The notes beneath the pieces were generated by a model. That model did not search any database, was not told where the DNA came from, and saw only the letters and a list, made by a program, of their open reading frames with translations. The position numbers were made by a program, and so were the translations under genes. From the NCBI GenBank assembly GCA_964491475.1, contig CAZBFO010000002.1, forward strand, positions 277,841 to 341,840: a stretch of 64,000 nucleotides of DNA. The letters run 5' to 3'. Position 1 is the first letter of the stretch. Every line of letters starts with the position of its first letter. Source of the DNA: an uncultured Gammaproteobacteria bacterium. GTDB lineage: Bacteria > Patescibacteriota > Patescibacteriia > SG8-24. Shown here in pieces: positions 18,843 to 27,546 of this stretch.

Positions 18843-21314
18843 ATGTCGTTCATCAGGCGTTTCGCGCAGAGGATGCTTGCCGTCGTCGGGGTCGCCGCGG
18901 CGGTGGCCGCGTCGGTTTTTGCGCTTTCCGGATCGGTCTCATTGGCGCAGACGGGTGCTGCCCCGAAGATACTGACCGGCCCCACGGTCAGCAGCATCAC
19001 CGAGGATTCGGCCATCATTCGGTGGACGACCGACGTAGAAAGCACCACCGTGGTCGATTTCGGCACCACCGACTCGCTCGGGCAGACCTATCGAAAGATC
19101 ATCCCGATCGAAGAGACCGAGGTGACGGAGATTTCGCACACGATGACGCTGTCTCCGTTGAAGGCGGGCACGCGCTACTTCTTCAAAGTGTCCTCCTCGA
19201 CTTCCGGCGGCACAGCGTCTTCGGCCATCGTCGACTTCACTTCTGCCAGCCCGGCTTGCGGTCCTGACGCCTGGACTTGCACCGACTGGAGCGCCTGTGA
19301 GAAGGGCACCGGCGGCAGCTACGGCCAGACTCGCTCCTGCAGCGTGTCGGCGGCCTGCGCCGACGCGGGAGTACCAAAGCCGCAGACGTCGCAATCCTGC
19401 ACGCCCGCCTGCACCGAGGACACCTGGACCTGCGGAAATTGGCAGGCATGCTCGGCCGGCGGCACCCAGACCCGCGCCTGCACCTTGACGACCGATTGCC
19501 CGACGGCAAGCACGCCCAAGCCAGCCACTTCGCAGAGCTGCAGGCGGCCTTGTACTGCGGACGATTGGAAGTGCGGCGAGTGGGGCGATTGCAGCAAGGA
19601 GACGCAGACGCGCTCTTGCGCCCTGCCGACCACCTGCTCGGGCACGCCAGCCAAACCGGCCGAGAGCCAAAAGTGCGTCATGCCGAAACCGGCGTGCACC
19701 GACAAGGATTGGATTTGCGGAGAATGGGGCGCTTGTTCGGCCGACGGGAAGGCGAAGCGCGACTGTTCCTTGCCTACGACCTGCCTGCCCGTAAAGCCTG
19801 ACGAAAAAACCCGCTCCGAAATCAAGGACTGCCCGCCAGCCGGTGCCGAAGGCGACAAAAAGCCCGAAGAGCCGGCGAGTCCGACCGGGCAAGACCTGAA
19901 CGAGCCGCTGCCGCCCGACGCGAACGTGCCCTTCTCTCCCTCCGAGCCTCCCGCACCTCCGGTCCCGCCGCTTTCGGCGAGCACCGTTCTGGGCGGCGGC
20001 GACGAAAGCGCGGCGCTGCTGAAGGAATGTGCCGACAACAACATCGGTCCCGACCGTTGCCCGGCTTGGCTCGATGCCAAATATGGCGACCGTTCTTGCG
20101 AGGAAAACGGTATCTTCTCGAAGGAAGCCTGCGTTGCGTTCCTGCGCAAGACGCATGGGGGAACGGTTCCGGGCTGCGAGGGTAAGACCGAGGCGGAATG
20201 CAGCGAGATTTTGGCCCGCATGATGGCCGGCTACATGCCGGGAGACATGCATGACGAGATCGACGCCATGATCGGTACGACGAAGGCCGGCGAGATGTTT
20301 GACGCGCTCGGCGATGCGGCCCCGTCTGTGCTTGCCGTTCGTGCCAGCCACAAGGACAAGGTGCGCTGGTGGCCGTCCAAGCGCTCCGGCGATCAGGAGA
20401 CTTCGCCGGGAATGTTCGTCATCGACACCGATAAGGACGGCCTGCCGGACGACGTCGAGAAGCGGCTGGGCACCGATCCGAACGTTCCCGATGCGGCCGT
20501 CGCTCGTGAGATACTGAAGAAGTTCTTCGAGGCCGGCGACAAGCCTGCGCCGGAGCAGTTGGCCGTCCGCGAAAGGCTGAAGTCGTTCTTCGAGACGGGC
20601 GATAAGCCGTCCCAGGACGACGCCCGCGCGGCGATGGCCGCCTTCTTCGGCCCCGGCACGCCGCCAGGCAGCGTCAACGCCATCGACGCGGCGTTCATCC
20701 TCGGCTTGGCCGTCGGCCAGCCGACGGGGTCGGGTACCACGGACGACAGTTTCACCGTCGACGCCACCAGTTCGCCTGACGCCGCCGACGGCGGAGGCAT
20801 CACGCTGCACGGCCATGCGGCACCGGGCGCCGTGATCTTCCTGTACGTCTACAGCTACGTGCCGATGGTGCTGACCACCACCGCCGATGACAGCGGCAAC
20901 TACCAGTACGACATTTCCGACAACGTCGTCGACGGTTCGCATACCGCCTACGTGGCCCTGGTCGACGGCGCCGGCGACGTCGCCGCGAAGAGCAGGCCGC
21001 AGTCGTTCTTCGTGAAGACCGCCTTGGCAGTCACCGAAAGCGATTTCCTTGCCACCGACGCCAAGTTGACGCCGACCACGCCCGCTTCGAAAGCTACCAG
21101 CGTCTACCTGTACGGGGTCGCCGCGCTGTTGCTGGTCGCGCTGATTGCCGTCGGGTTCGTAATGCGGGGGACGCGGAAGCGGAAGGGCGCGGCACCGTCG
21201 CCCACGGGTCCGACGCCTCCGAAACCTCCTGCTCCACCGCCCACCGCTCCGCCAGCGCCTCAAACGCCGCCGGCACCGCCTGCGGCATCACCGCCCGCAG
21301 CACCGCCACGATAG
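18843..21314 (+). CDS. Giant surface protein, paralog A. Domain order: signal peptide, FN3-like domain, four TSP1-like Cys/Trp repeats, a Cys-rich module, a TSP3-like Asp box, an Ig-like domain, a TM anchor and a Pro-rich tail.
   Basis: Signal peptide MSFIRRFAQRMLAVVGVAAAVAASVFA. FN3-like ILTGPTVSSITEDSAIIRWTT...TRYFFKV. Four repeats of C-x3-W-x-C-x2-W-x2-C...QTR-x-C. DTDKDGLPDDVEKRLGTDPNVPD. The Ig-like domain ITLHGHAAPGAVIFLYVYSYVPMVLTTTADDSGNYQYD is homologous to the C-terminus of the 38869..42900 protein. TM helix VYLYGVAALLLVALIAVGFV followed by a proline-rich tail. Confidence 0.75.
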   Translation: MSFIRRFAQRMLAVVGVAAAVAASVFALSGSVSLAQTGAAPKILTGPTVSSITEDSAIIRWTTDVESTTVVDFGTTDSLGQTYRKIIPIEETEVTEISHTMTLSPLKAGTRYFFKVSSSTSGGTASSAIVDFTSASPACGPDAWTCTDWSACEKGTGGSYGQTRSCSVSAACADAGVPKPQTSQSCTPACTEDTWTCGNWQACSAGGTQTRACTLTTDCPTASTPKPATSQSCRRPCTADDWKCGEWGDCSKETQTRSCALPTTCSGTPAKPAESQKCVMPKPACTDKDWICGEWGACSADGKAKRDCSLPTTCLPVKPDEKTRSEIKDCPPAGAEGDKKPEEPASPTGQDLNEPLPPDANVPFSPSEPPAPPVPPLSASTVLGGGDESAALLKECADNNIGPDRCPAWLDAKYGDRSCEENGIFSKEACVAFLRKTHGGTVPGCEGKTEAECSEILARMMAGYMPGDMHDEIDAMIGTTKAGEMFDALGDAAPSVLAVRASHKDKVRWWPSKRSGDQETSPGMFVIDTDKDGLPDDVEKRLGTDPNVPDAAVAREILKKFFEAGDKPAPEQLAVRERLKSFFETGDKPSQDDARAAMAAFFGPGTPPGSVNAIDAAFILGLAVGQPTGSGTTDDSFTVDATSSPDAADGGGITLHGHAAPGAVIFLYVYSYVPMVLTTTADDSGNYQYDISDNVVDGSHTAYVALVDGAGDVAAKSRPQSFFVKTALAVTESDFLATDAKLTPTTPASKATSVYLYGVAALLLVALIAVGFVMRGTRKRKGAAPSPTGPTPPKPPAPPPTAPPAPQTPPAPPAASPPAAPPR
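19255..19832 (+). repeat. Four tandem ~47-aa thrombospondin type-1-like repeats (protein level) within adhesin A
   Basis: CGPDAWTCTDWSACEKGTGGSYGQTRSC, CTEDTWTCGNWQACSAGGTQTRAC, CTADDWKCGEWGDCSKETQTRSC and CTDKDWICGEWGACSADGKAKRDC, each ending ...PKP..SQ.C. Confidence 0.55.
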
Positions 21315-21335
21315 CCGCGCAAAAAACCCGCGAAC

Positions 21336-21370
21336 ATCGCCGTCGCCCCTAGCGCGACGGCGATTTTTTT
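21336..21370 (+). terminator. Rho-independent terminator after adhesin A
   Basis: An 11-bp stem ATCGCCGTCGC/GCGACGGCGAT followed by TTTTTTT. Confidence 0.7.
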
Positions 21371-21378
21371 GCTATAAT
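21370..21378 (+). promoter_or_regulatory. Extended -10 element TGCTATAAT (consensus), giving a near-leaderless transcript
   Basis: Directly follows the terminator T-run. The ATG at 21390 is 12 nt downstream. Confidence 0.5.
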
Positions 21379-21389
21379 TCAAGCAGATT

Positions 21390-22436
21390 ATGAGCTATAA
21401 GAAGTTCCAGACGTATTTCTTCATCGCTCTGCTGTCCGGCAGCCTTTTGCTGACATTGGCCGTTTTCCAGTCCTACCTGGTGCTGTTGGCTTTCGGCGGC
21501 GTTTTCGCCATCCTTGCCCGTCCGCTGTTCCTGCGTTTCGAGCGCTACCTCAAGTCCGAAACGGCCGCCGCATTCCTGACCATCACGGTCGTGGCCAGCC
21601 TGATCTTCGTGCCAACGGCACTGTTCGTGGCGCAGCTCACCGACGAATTGGGTCGGCTGTTCTCGAACATCAAGGGGTATCTGGACTACCAGGCGGTCAA
21701 CGCCCTGCTGGACAAGTACGTGCCCGCACAATTTCACGCCCAGGTTCCGGCGATGATGCAGGAGGGCGCCCGGCTGGTCAGCGCCCTGGCGCAGACGCTC
21801 TCAAGCAACCTGCTGGCGTTCTTCTCCAACCTGTTCGGCATGGTCTTCGGCCTGCTGGTGGTGGTCATTTCCGCTTACTACCTGCTGAAGGACGGCACCA
21901 AGATCAAGAAGGAGCTGCTGGTGCTTTCGCCTCTGGGCGACAACCATGACGAGCAGGTGTTTCGCCGCGTCGTCACGGCCGTCCGGGCGGTGTTCCTTGG
22001 GACACTCATCGTCGGTGCCGCCAAGGGCGTGCTTTCGGGAATCGCCTTCTGGCTGACGGGCCTTCCGGCACCGCTGTTTTGGGGAACCATGACCGGTTTG
22101 GCGTCGTTCGTCCCGATGGTCGGTTCGGCCATCGTGACGGTGCCCGCCGTGCTGTATCTCGTCGCCATCGGCAAGGTTAACGCCGCGATCGTCCTGTCGG
22201 TCGTGTCCATTGCGGTCATCGGCACCATCGACAACTTCATCCAGCCGAAGTTCGTGGAAAGCAAGACCAGCATCCATCCTTTGCTTGTGCTGCTGTCCAT
22301 TTTGGGGGGCATGCAGTTCTACGGGTTCGCCGGCTTCATCCTGGGTCCGCTGACCCTGGCCGTGTCGATGGCGCTGCTGGAAATCTACAAGAAGGAGTTC
22401 CGGCGCGGGCTCGACGGGGACGAAAAAGCGGAATGA
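21390..22436 (+). CDS. AI-2E family transporter (PerM/YhhT, UPF0118)
   Basis: Eight-TM topology and the conserved C-terminal core GLPAPLFWGTMTGLASFVPMVGSAIV...IDNFIQPKF. Confidence 0.85.
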   Translation: MSYKKFQTYFFIALLSGSLLLTLAVFQSYLVLLAFGGVFAILARPLFLRFERYLKSETAAAFLTITVVASLIFVPTALFVAQLTDELGRLFSNIKGYLDYQAVNALLDKYVPAQFHAQVPAMMQEGARLVSALAQTLSSNLLAFFSNLFGMVFGLLVVVISAYYLLKDGTKIKKELLVLSPLGDNHDEQVFRRVVTAVRAVFLGTLIVGAAKGVLSGIAFWLTGLPAPLFWGTMTGLASFVPMVGSAIVTVPAVLYLVAIGKVNAAIVLSVVSIAVIGTIDNFIQPKFVESKTSIHPLLVLLSILGGMQFYGFAGFILGPLTLAVSMALLEIYKKEFRRGLDGDEKAE

Positions 22437-22437
22437 A

Positions 22438-22470
22438 AAAACGGCCGCCGAGACGGGCCGTTTTTCGTTC
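22438..22470. terminator. Bidirectional terminator between convergent genes
   Basis: An A-run, the AACGGCC...GGCCGTT hairpin, then a T-run. Confidence 0.55.
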
Positions 22471-22990
22471 AGCGGGACGCCTTCCTGCTCGGCGCCTTTT
22501 TTTTCGGCTCAAGGTGCTTTTTGACGGTCGCGTAGGTCTTGCCGGCCAAACTGGAATTCGAAGACCAGGCTTCTTGGGAAACGTCGCGCCCGAACCATCG
22601 CGGGGGGACGAAGGCGGATCGGGCCGCCTCGTCTTTGAACTCCACCTCGACCATCGCCAGCCCTTCGAGCGGACCGTGGAAAACGTCCAGCTCGGCGGTC
22701 AGGTTATCGTCGAGACGGAGGTAGTGGCGGGTCTTGGTGAGGCCGCGTTTGGCCAGCGGCAGCAGCAGGTAATACTCCTCGCGGTCGAGAGGAACGGTGA
22801 TTTCCTCACGGCGCGAAAGGTCGTCACCGGCGACATTGAGCTTCTTCGTCAGTTCGTAGGTTCCTCCGGATCGGCGGATGCGCAGGGGTTCTTCGCCCTC
22901 GGACAGGTAGTGCTGCTCGATGTCTTTGCCAGGGATGCCGGCCAGGTCCGGCATGCGCTTCACCAAGTAAGACAGTTCATTTTCGATCAT
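22469..22990 (-). CDS. CYTH-domain protein (triphosphate tunnel metalloenzyme, inorganic triphosphatase/CyaB-like)
   Basis: N-terminal IENELSYLV (EIExKF-like) and C-terminal LAMVEVEFKDEAARSAFVPPRWFGRDVSQE, a typical CYTH ending. Confidence 0.65.
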   Translation of the reverse strand: MIENELSYLVKRMPDLAGIPGKDIEQHYLSEGEEPLRIRRSGGTYELTKKLNVAGDDLSRREEITVPLDREEYYLLLPLAKRGLTKTRHYLRLDDNLTAELDVFHGPLEGLAMVEVEFKDEAARSAFVPPRWFGRDVSQEAWSSNSSLAGKTYATVKKHLEPKKKAPSRKASR

Positions 22991-22996
22991 AGCGGA

Positions 22997-23404
22997 TCAG
23001 GGTGCCGTTGATGAGGCGTTGACGTTCGCCGCCGCGTTGACATTGGCGGTGACGGGCGCGGTTACCGAGTGCCAGGCCGTGACGAACAGGCCGAAGAATC
23101 CCGAGACCATGGACTTGAGGAACGGCCAGACGGCCTCCCAGGCCGTGGCCCACACGGAGGTGACCGCCTTCTGCATCTCGGGGGATTTTGCAGTTTCCGC
23201 CGCCGCTGCGGCCGCTTGGCCGGCCGGACCGTTCACGGACAGGTTGACGTTCGCTGCGTCATTGAGGAGCTGCTTGGCGCTGGCCGAAACGCCGGCCGAA
23301 GCGTTGACGTTGGTCGTCGCGGCCGCTGCGGATGAGGCGCAAAGCAGCGAAATGCCGAATGCGACCACCAAATGTTTTGCGGATTTGCGCGTGAGCATGG
23401 GCAT
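22997..23404 (-). CDS. Small secreted hypothetical protein with NVNA repeats
   Basis: Signal peptide MPMLTRKSAKHLVVAFGISLLCASSAAA. ANVN repeats at both ends. Lies in an operon between the 23464..25128 and CYTH genes. Confidence 0.45.
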   Translation of the reverse strand: MPMLTRKSAKHLVVAFGISLLCASSAAAATTNVNASAGVSASAKQLLNDAANVNLSVNGPAGQAAAAAAETAKSPEMQKAVTSVWATAWEAVWPFLKSMVSGFFGLFVTAWHSVTAPVTANVNAAANVNASSTAP

Positions 23405-23463
23405 GGCGTTAACTCGTATCTGTCGATGGGACTGTACCACGGGCGCGGTGCAGCGCACAGTCG

Positions 23464-25128
23464 TCACCGTTTGGCGCGGAAGGTCTGCATGTTGGCGTCG
23501 AACTGCGCCTTTTGCTCGGCCGTCAACATTCCCGGACCCTTGGGATTGTAACCGCCTTCCACCTCCCGGCCGTCTCCGAAGCCGTCACCGTCGGTGTCGG
23601 CCTTGAGAGGGTCGGTGCCGTAGACGTAGATTTCTTCTCCATCGGAAAGGCCGTCGAGGTCGGTGTCGGCGACGTTGGGGTTGGTGTTATAGACCATGGT
23701 CTCCTGCTCGTCGGACACGCCGTCGCCGTCGGTGTCGGCAGAAGGAGCGGCATCCGTTTGCGGGGCTTCGGCAGGAAGGGGATTCGACGGCGACGGCTGT
23801 TGTTCGGGGACGTTCGTCGCCGATGGCGGGGCGGGCACTGTCGTGGTGACGGTCTTTTCGTCCGGCGGTACCGTCGTCGGCTGCGGAGCCACGTCGAAGC
23901 CGTTGAGGCTAAGCGTATGGGGTCCTTTTGCGAAAGCCAGTACGCCCTGCTCCAGGGTGAAGCTGATGACGAAGGTCAGGTCCCGTTTCTGGTAACCGTA
24001 CCCAGGACCGTCGGGGTCCTTCGGTACCGTCTTCAGGTACCTTGGCGAAAGCTGGTCGAGCGAATCCGGATACGCCTTGTTGTCGCTGAACCAGCTGCCT
24101 AGCGCCAGCTTGATCATGTTCACGTCACCGTAACGCTGCAAGTCGCGTTCTTCGGGGGTGCTGGCGTACTTGGGAGGGGCGGTGACGGGCGCCGCCGAAG
24201 GTTCCCTGGCCTGCCGCTCGCCGAACGGGGCGTTGACGCTGATCTTGGTGAGGTCCGCAAGGTTGAACTTGGCGCGAGTCAGGAAGAAAACCGGCAGGGC
24301 TATGATGCCGACGAGACAAAACGCGCCGAGCGCCGCCAGGATGCGGTAGAAAAGCTTGCGCGAGGGCTTGACCGTCCATTCTTTTCCCACGACGGCCACG
24401 CAGTCCTCGTAGAACGTCTGCAGGTAGATGAGGTAGAAGGGGGAGAACAGCGCCGCGAACAGCCAACTTGCGGCCGAGGCCGCCGGCGAGACGAGTGCGG
24501 GCTTCGTGACCCAAGCTGCCGCCGCAGCGATGCCGCTGAACGCCAGGCCGATGATGCCGCCCATGACGGCAAGTCCCAACTGGTCGAAGAGCAGCGTAGT
24601 CGTGCGGCCGTATATCAGGTCGCGGCTTCGGGCCAGTGCCTCGACGCCCTTGCGGCGTTCATTGATGACGACGTAAACGGTTAACGTGAACCGGACGGCC
24701 ATTATCACCGCCGGGACGATCAGAAGGGAGGGCAGGAAGATGACCAATGAAAAAACAAACGTCGTGAAGATACCGGGAAGCAAGGAACCCAGACCTCGGC
24801 TGAAAGCCCTGCCGAATCGGAGTTCTCCGGCGGCGACCGCCACCAGCACGTAGGGTGCCAGCAAAGACGCCACAAAGCCGACGATGCCCAGGCCTGCAGC
24901 GGGGGCGGCCGGCAGATGGCCGCGCATCGCGGCCAATATGATGGAGGGCAGGCCGGTGACGCCGCTGATGAGCACGAACATGCCTAGCGAGGCCCGATAC
25001 CGTATGAAGGTCCTGTGCAGCCTGTCCTTCATCGGCGGAAAGATCACGGGCTTCACGAAGCCAACCGACGGCGCGGCTGGCACCGGCTGTGCGGGTTGTG
25101 CCGGAGTCACGATGGGTTCGGCTGGCAT
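23464..25128 (-). CDS. Chimeric membrane protein, paralog B: a polytopic N-terminal TM domain, a type IV pilin-like globular domain and three C-terminal TSP3-like Asp-rich calcium-binding repeats
   Basis: Six to eight TM helices in the first ~300 aa. Pilin-like motif ERDLQRYGDVNMIKLALGSWFSDNKAYPDSL...YLKTVPKDPDGPGYGY. C-terminal DTDGDGVSDEQE...DTDLDGLSDGEE...DTDGDGFGDGRE. Confidence 0.65.
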   Translation of the reverse strand: MPAEPIVTPAQPAQPVPAAPSVGFVKPVIFPPMKDRLHRTFIRYRASLGMFVLISGVTGLPSIILAAMRGHLPAAPAAGLGIVGFVASLLAPYVLVAVAAGELRFGRAFSRGLGSLLPGIFTTFVFSLVIFLPSLLIVPAVIMAVRFTLTVYVVINERRKGVEALARSRDLIYGRTTTLLFDQLGLAVMGGIIGLAFSGIAAAAAWVTKPALVSPAASAASWLFAALFSPFYLIYLQTFYEDCVAVVGKEWTVKPSRKLFYRILAALGAFCLVGIIALPVFFLTRAKFNLADLTKISVNAPFGERQAREPSAAPVTAPPKYASTPEERDLQRYGDVNMIKLALGSWFSDNKAYPDSLDQLSPRYLKTVPKDPDGPGYGYQKRDLTFVISFTLEQGVLAFAKGPHTLSLNGFDVAPQPTTVPPDEKTVTTTVPAPPSATNVPEQQPSPSNPLPAEAPQTDAAPSADTDGDGVSDEQETMVYNTNPNVADTDLDGLSDGEEIYVYGTDPLKADTDGDGFGDGREVEGGYNPKGPGMLTAEQKAQFDANMQTFRAKR

Positions 25129-25206
25129 AACGTTTTGCCCGACGGTCAGGCGGGCTATTCGTCGTCAGTATAGCACGGGCGGGCGCTGCCGAAGAACGCC
25201 CGCGCG

Positions 25207-25244
25207 ACAAAAAGAAAGCCCCGGACGCGAAGTGCGTCCGGGGC
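25207..25244 (-). terminator. Rho-independent terminator downstream of the 25256..25933 gene on the - strand
   Basis: GCCCCGGACGC-GAAGT-GCGTCCGGGGC, a perfect 11-bp stem. The + strand AAAAAGAAA gives a U-run on the - transcript. Confidence 0.7.
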
Positions 25245-25255
25245 AAAGTGCCCGT

Positions 25256-25933
25256 TCAGAACTGTTCGGCCGCGAATTCGGCCATCATGTTGTCCGTGCG
25301 CACGCCGGTGTCGATGCCCAACTGCGACAAAGTGTCATCGTCGATGGGGACTTCGACCCGCGGAACCCAGTCGTAACTGATGCGGACAGACATGGAGTCC
25401 ATGTCCCATTCGGCGGAGATCACGTGATCGTCGCCGTAGTTGAGGTGACCGAGCCGAATCGGTCCGGCCAAGGAAACGTAGCCGCGGTCGGCGCATTCGG
25501 CGCTGGTGCTCTGGCCGGGGTTCAGCTTGGTCGAGACGTACAACGCGCTCATGCCGTCCGGTTCGCGCCGGACCATCGCGTACAGCAGGTTGCAAGGGTC
25601 CTTGGCCATGAACTTCATGCCGATCTGGTGCCGCACCTCGCCGTTGCCGAGGTGCGATACTCCCCCGGTTTCGCCGAGGAAGATGAACTGCAGATCGGCA
25701 CCGAACGTCAGCCTGCGGCTGCGGGGGAAGAGGAAGATGCCGCGCATTTCCGGACTTTCGGTCCGGAAAGGCAGGACGTCTCCGGTGCCGACGTGGCCGT
25801 CGGTCACCAGGATGCGCGTGGTCTTGTCGTCCTCGGGGCCGATGTCCGCCATGCGGACGTTGCAGCCGAGGCCGAAACAGGCAATCGCGGTGAGCGTAAG
25901 CGCGTACGCGAAACTGTCGAAATGCTTGTGCAT
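25256..25933 (-). CDS. Hypothetical lipoprotein
   Basis: Signal peptide with a lipobox-like LTAIACFGLGC. A terminator hairpin lies immediately downstream on the - strand. Confidence 0.5.
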   Translation of the reverse strand: MHKHFDSFAYALTLTAIACFGLGCNVRMADIGPEDDKTTRILVTDGHVGTGDVLPFRTESPEMRGIFLFPRSRRLTFGADLQFIFLGETGGVSHLGNGEVRHQIGMKFMAKDPCNLLYAMVRREPDGMSALYVSTKLNPGQSTSAECADRGYVSLAGPIRLGHLNYGDDHVISAEWDMDSMSVRISYDWVPRVEVPIDDDTLSQLGIDTGVRTDNMMAEFAAEQF

Positions 25934-26014
25934 TGCACACCTCTATTCGTTGGAATGGGGACGGTTTTTGACGAGTGACATGATAATGGGCAACTGCTAA
26001 AAATAGCACAAAAA

Positions 26015-26027
26015 TGACATTTTGTCA
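26015..26027. promoter_or_regulatory. Palindromic operator-like site TGACA-TTT-TGTCA in a divergent intergenic region
   Basis: A perfect 5-3-5 inverted repeat with further TGACA/TGTCA half-sites within about 90 nt (GTGACATG, CGTGTCAG, CTTGACAA), between divergent lipoprotein genes. Confidence 0.35.
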
Positions 26028-26150
26028 ATCGTGTCAGAAGGATCTGAACTATCATTTTTTGGCTTTGTTGAGCCCTTGACAAACTCCTTATTTTATCGCA
26101 TGCTGGCCGGTCGCATTCATGCGGCAACAAGAAAAAGGGGAGTCCCGTCC

Positions 26151-26774
26151 ATGAAGAAAAAACTGCTCGTTTCCTTCGCCGTGATCGGCGCCCTCGCCGG
26201 TTGCAACATGCCCTTCGACACCTCGCCCAACACGCCGTCATCCAAGAAGAAGACGGTCGTTCCGACCGACGTCGTGGCCGACCGGCCGGCGCCGTCCTCG
26301 CCGTTCATGGGCCATCGGTTCTTCTTCGACGGCGCGTTGCCGGAAGGCTGGTACGTGTCCGCACGCGGCGACGATCAGCCGCTGGCGCCGGGATACGCCG
26401 CGCTGTGCGTGCTGTCCCGCGCCAAGAGCAGGGACAAGGTCCTGATCCTGCTGGCGTCATCGGTCGATGCGGCCGCGCGCGCCGAGGTGACGGCGCGCAT
26501 GCGCGATGCCGAATGGTGGCAACCGCGCATTCCGCTGTCCTTCTTCGACGCCGACCGCGTCGGTGCCGACGTCGGCCTGCACGTCACCAAAGGCCAGTTC
26601 GCCGACATCGACTCGCTGCTGCTCTTCGCGGTCCTCCGCTGTCAGAGGGAGAGCTGCGAGGCCTCGCTGGAACAGACACGCGAAATCGCCAACCGTCTGC
26701 AGTTGCGCCCCGCACGCGCGGACGACGAGCACGTCGTCAGCCCCTCGGGCGGCGATTGCGGTTCGCGTTTCTGA
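26151..26774 (+). CDS. Hypothetical lipoprotein
   Basis: MKKKLLVSFAVIGALAGC lipobox. An AAAAAGGGGA RBS precedes the ATG and a terminator follows at 26786-26814. Confidence 0.55.
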   Translation: MKKKLLVSFAVIGALAGCNMPFDTSPNTPSSKKKTVVPTDVVADRPAPSSPFMGHRFFFDGALPEGWYVSARGDDQPLAPGYAALCVLSRAKSRDKVLILLASSVDAAARAEVTARMRDAEWWQPRIPLSFFDADRVGADVGLHVTKGQFADIDSLLLFAVLRCQRESCEASLEQTREIANRLQLRPARADDEHVVSPSGGDCGSRF

Positions 26775-26785
26775 CGTTTCGTCGC

Positions 26786-26814
26786 GACCTCCGGTTTGCT
26801 CGGAGGTTTTTTGT
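26786..26814 (+). terminator. Rho-independent terminator
   Basis: GACCTCCG-GTTTGCT-CGGAGGT followed by TTTTTTG. Confidence 0.55.
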
Positions 26815-26895
26815 CGGGAAATCTTGACAAACCGGCCGATTCGGGACAGAGTAGCGCATCCGGAATGAGCCGGATCATCATGAAAGGAGCCGCAG

Positions 26896-27501
26896 ATGAG
26901 AACAGGTCCATTGGTGGCATTCACGGCAGCGCTGGCGGTCGGCTGCGTTGCGTCACGGCCGCCGCAGACGGCGAAAAAGCCGGCACCGTCAGTGCCCGTT
27001 CTGGCAGCGACTGCGCCGGAGGCACGACCGGACGCGGTGCCGCAGGCGGCGGCGGTGGCCAGTGAGGCGTTGGAGATGTCGTACTCGCTTCCCGACGCGG
27101 AAGACTGGACGGAGGGCGACCGCCGCGCGGTCGGCTTCGACGGCTGGACGCCGGATGCGGTCATCCGCAACGAGAAGCTGGGCGCGACCATCGTCTTTGC
27201 CGGCTATCCGCGGAACCTCGGTTCGACGCTCGACGTCGCCGACTCGCTGCGCGCCAAGTTCGCGGCTTCCTCGGCCGTGATGGCCGAGGCGACCGGCCGT
27301 TTCGCTTTCTTCGCCTTCTGCAAGAAGCGCACCAAGGGCGAATCCGAAAGGACCTGCGGCAAGGTCTACGTGGTGCGGCCCGGCGGGGATGGCGGCCAGT
27401 ACGTGCTCATCGTAGGCATCTGGCCGGAATCGTCCGGCGCGGATGCCGCCAGGGACGTCGATGCGGTCGCGCGAAGCTTTTCCGCGACCCACGCGCAGTA
27501 G
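26896..27501 (+). CDS. Hypothetical lipoprotein
   Basis: MRTGPLVAFTAALAVGC lipobox. An AAAGGAG RBS precedes the ATG and a bidirectional terminator follows. Confidence 0.55.
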   Translation: MRTGPLVAFTAALAVGCVASRPPQTAKKPAPSVPVLAATAPEARPDAVPQAAAVASEALEMSYSLPDAEDWTEGDRRAVGFDGWTPDAVIRNEKLGATIVFAGYPRNLGSTLDVADSLRAKFAASSAVMAEATGRFAFFAFCKKRTKGESERTCGKVYVVRPGGDGGQYVLIVGIWPESSGADAARDVDAVARSFSATHAQ

Positions 27502-27512
27502 CGCGGACAGTC

Positions 27513-27546
27513 AAAAAACCTCCGACGATGTCGGAGGTTCTTTATT
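27513..27546. terminator. Bidirectional terminator between the lipoprotein and dus genes
   Basis: AAAAAA, CCTCCGAC-GAT-GTCGGAGG, then TTCTTTATT. Confidence 0.6.

Noticed and set aside
24884-25978. 364-aa + strand ORF spanning the start of the 23464..25128 gene and the lipoprotein gene
   Set aside because: It overlaps two better-supported - strand genes and a strong - strand terminator. It has no motifs.
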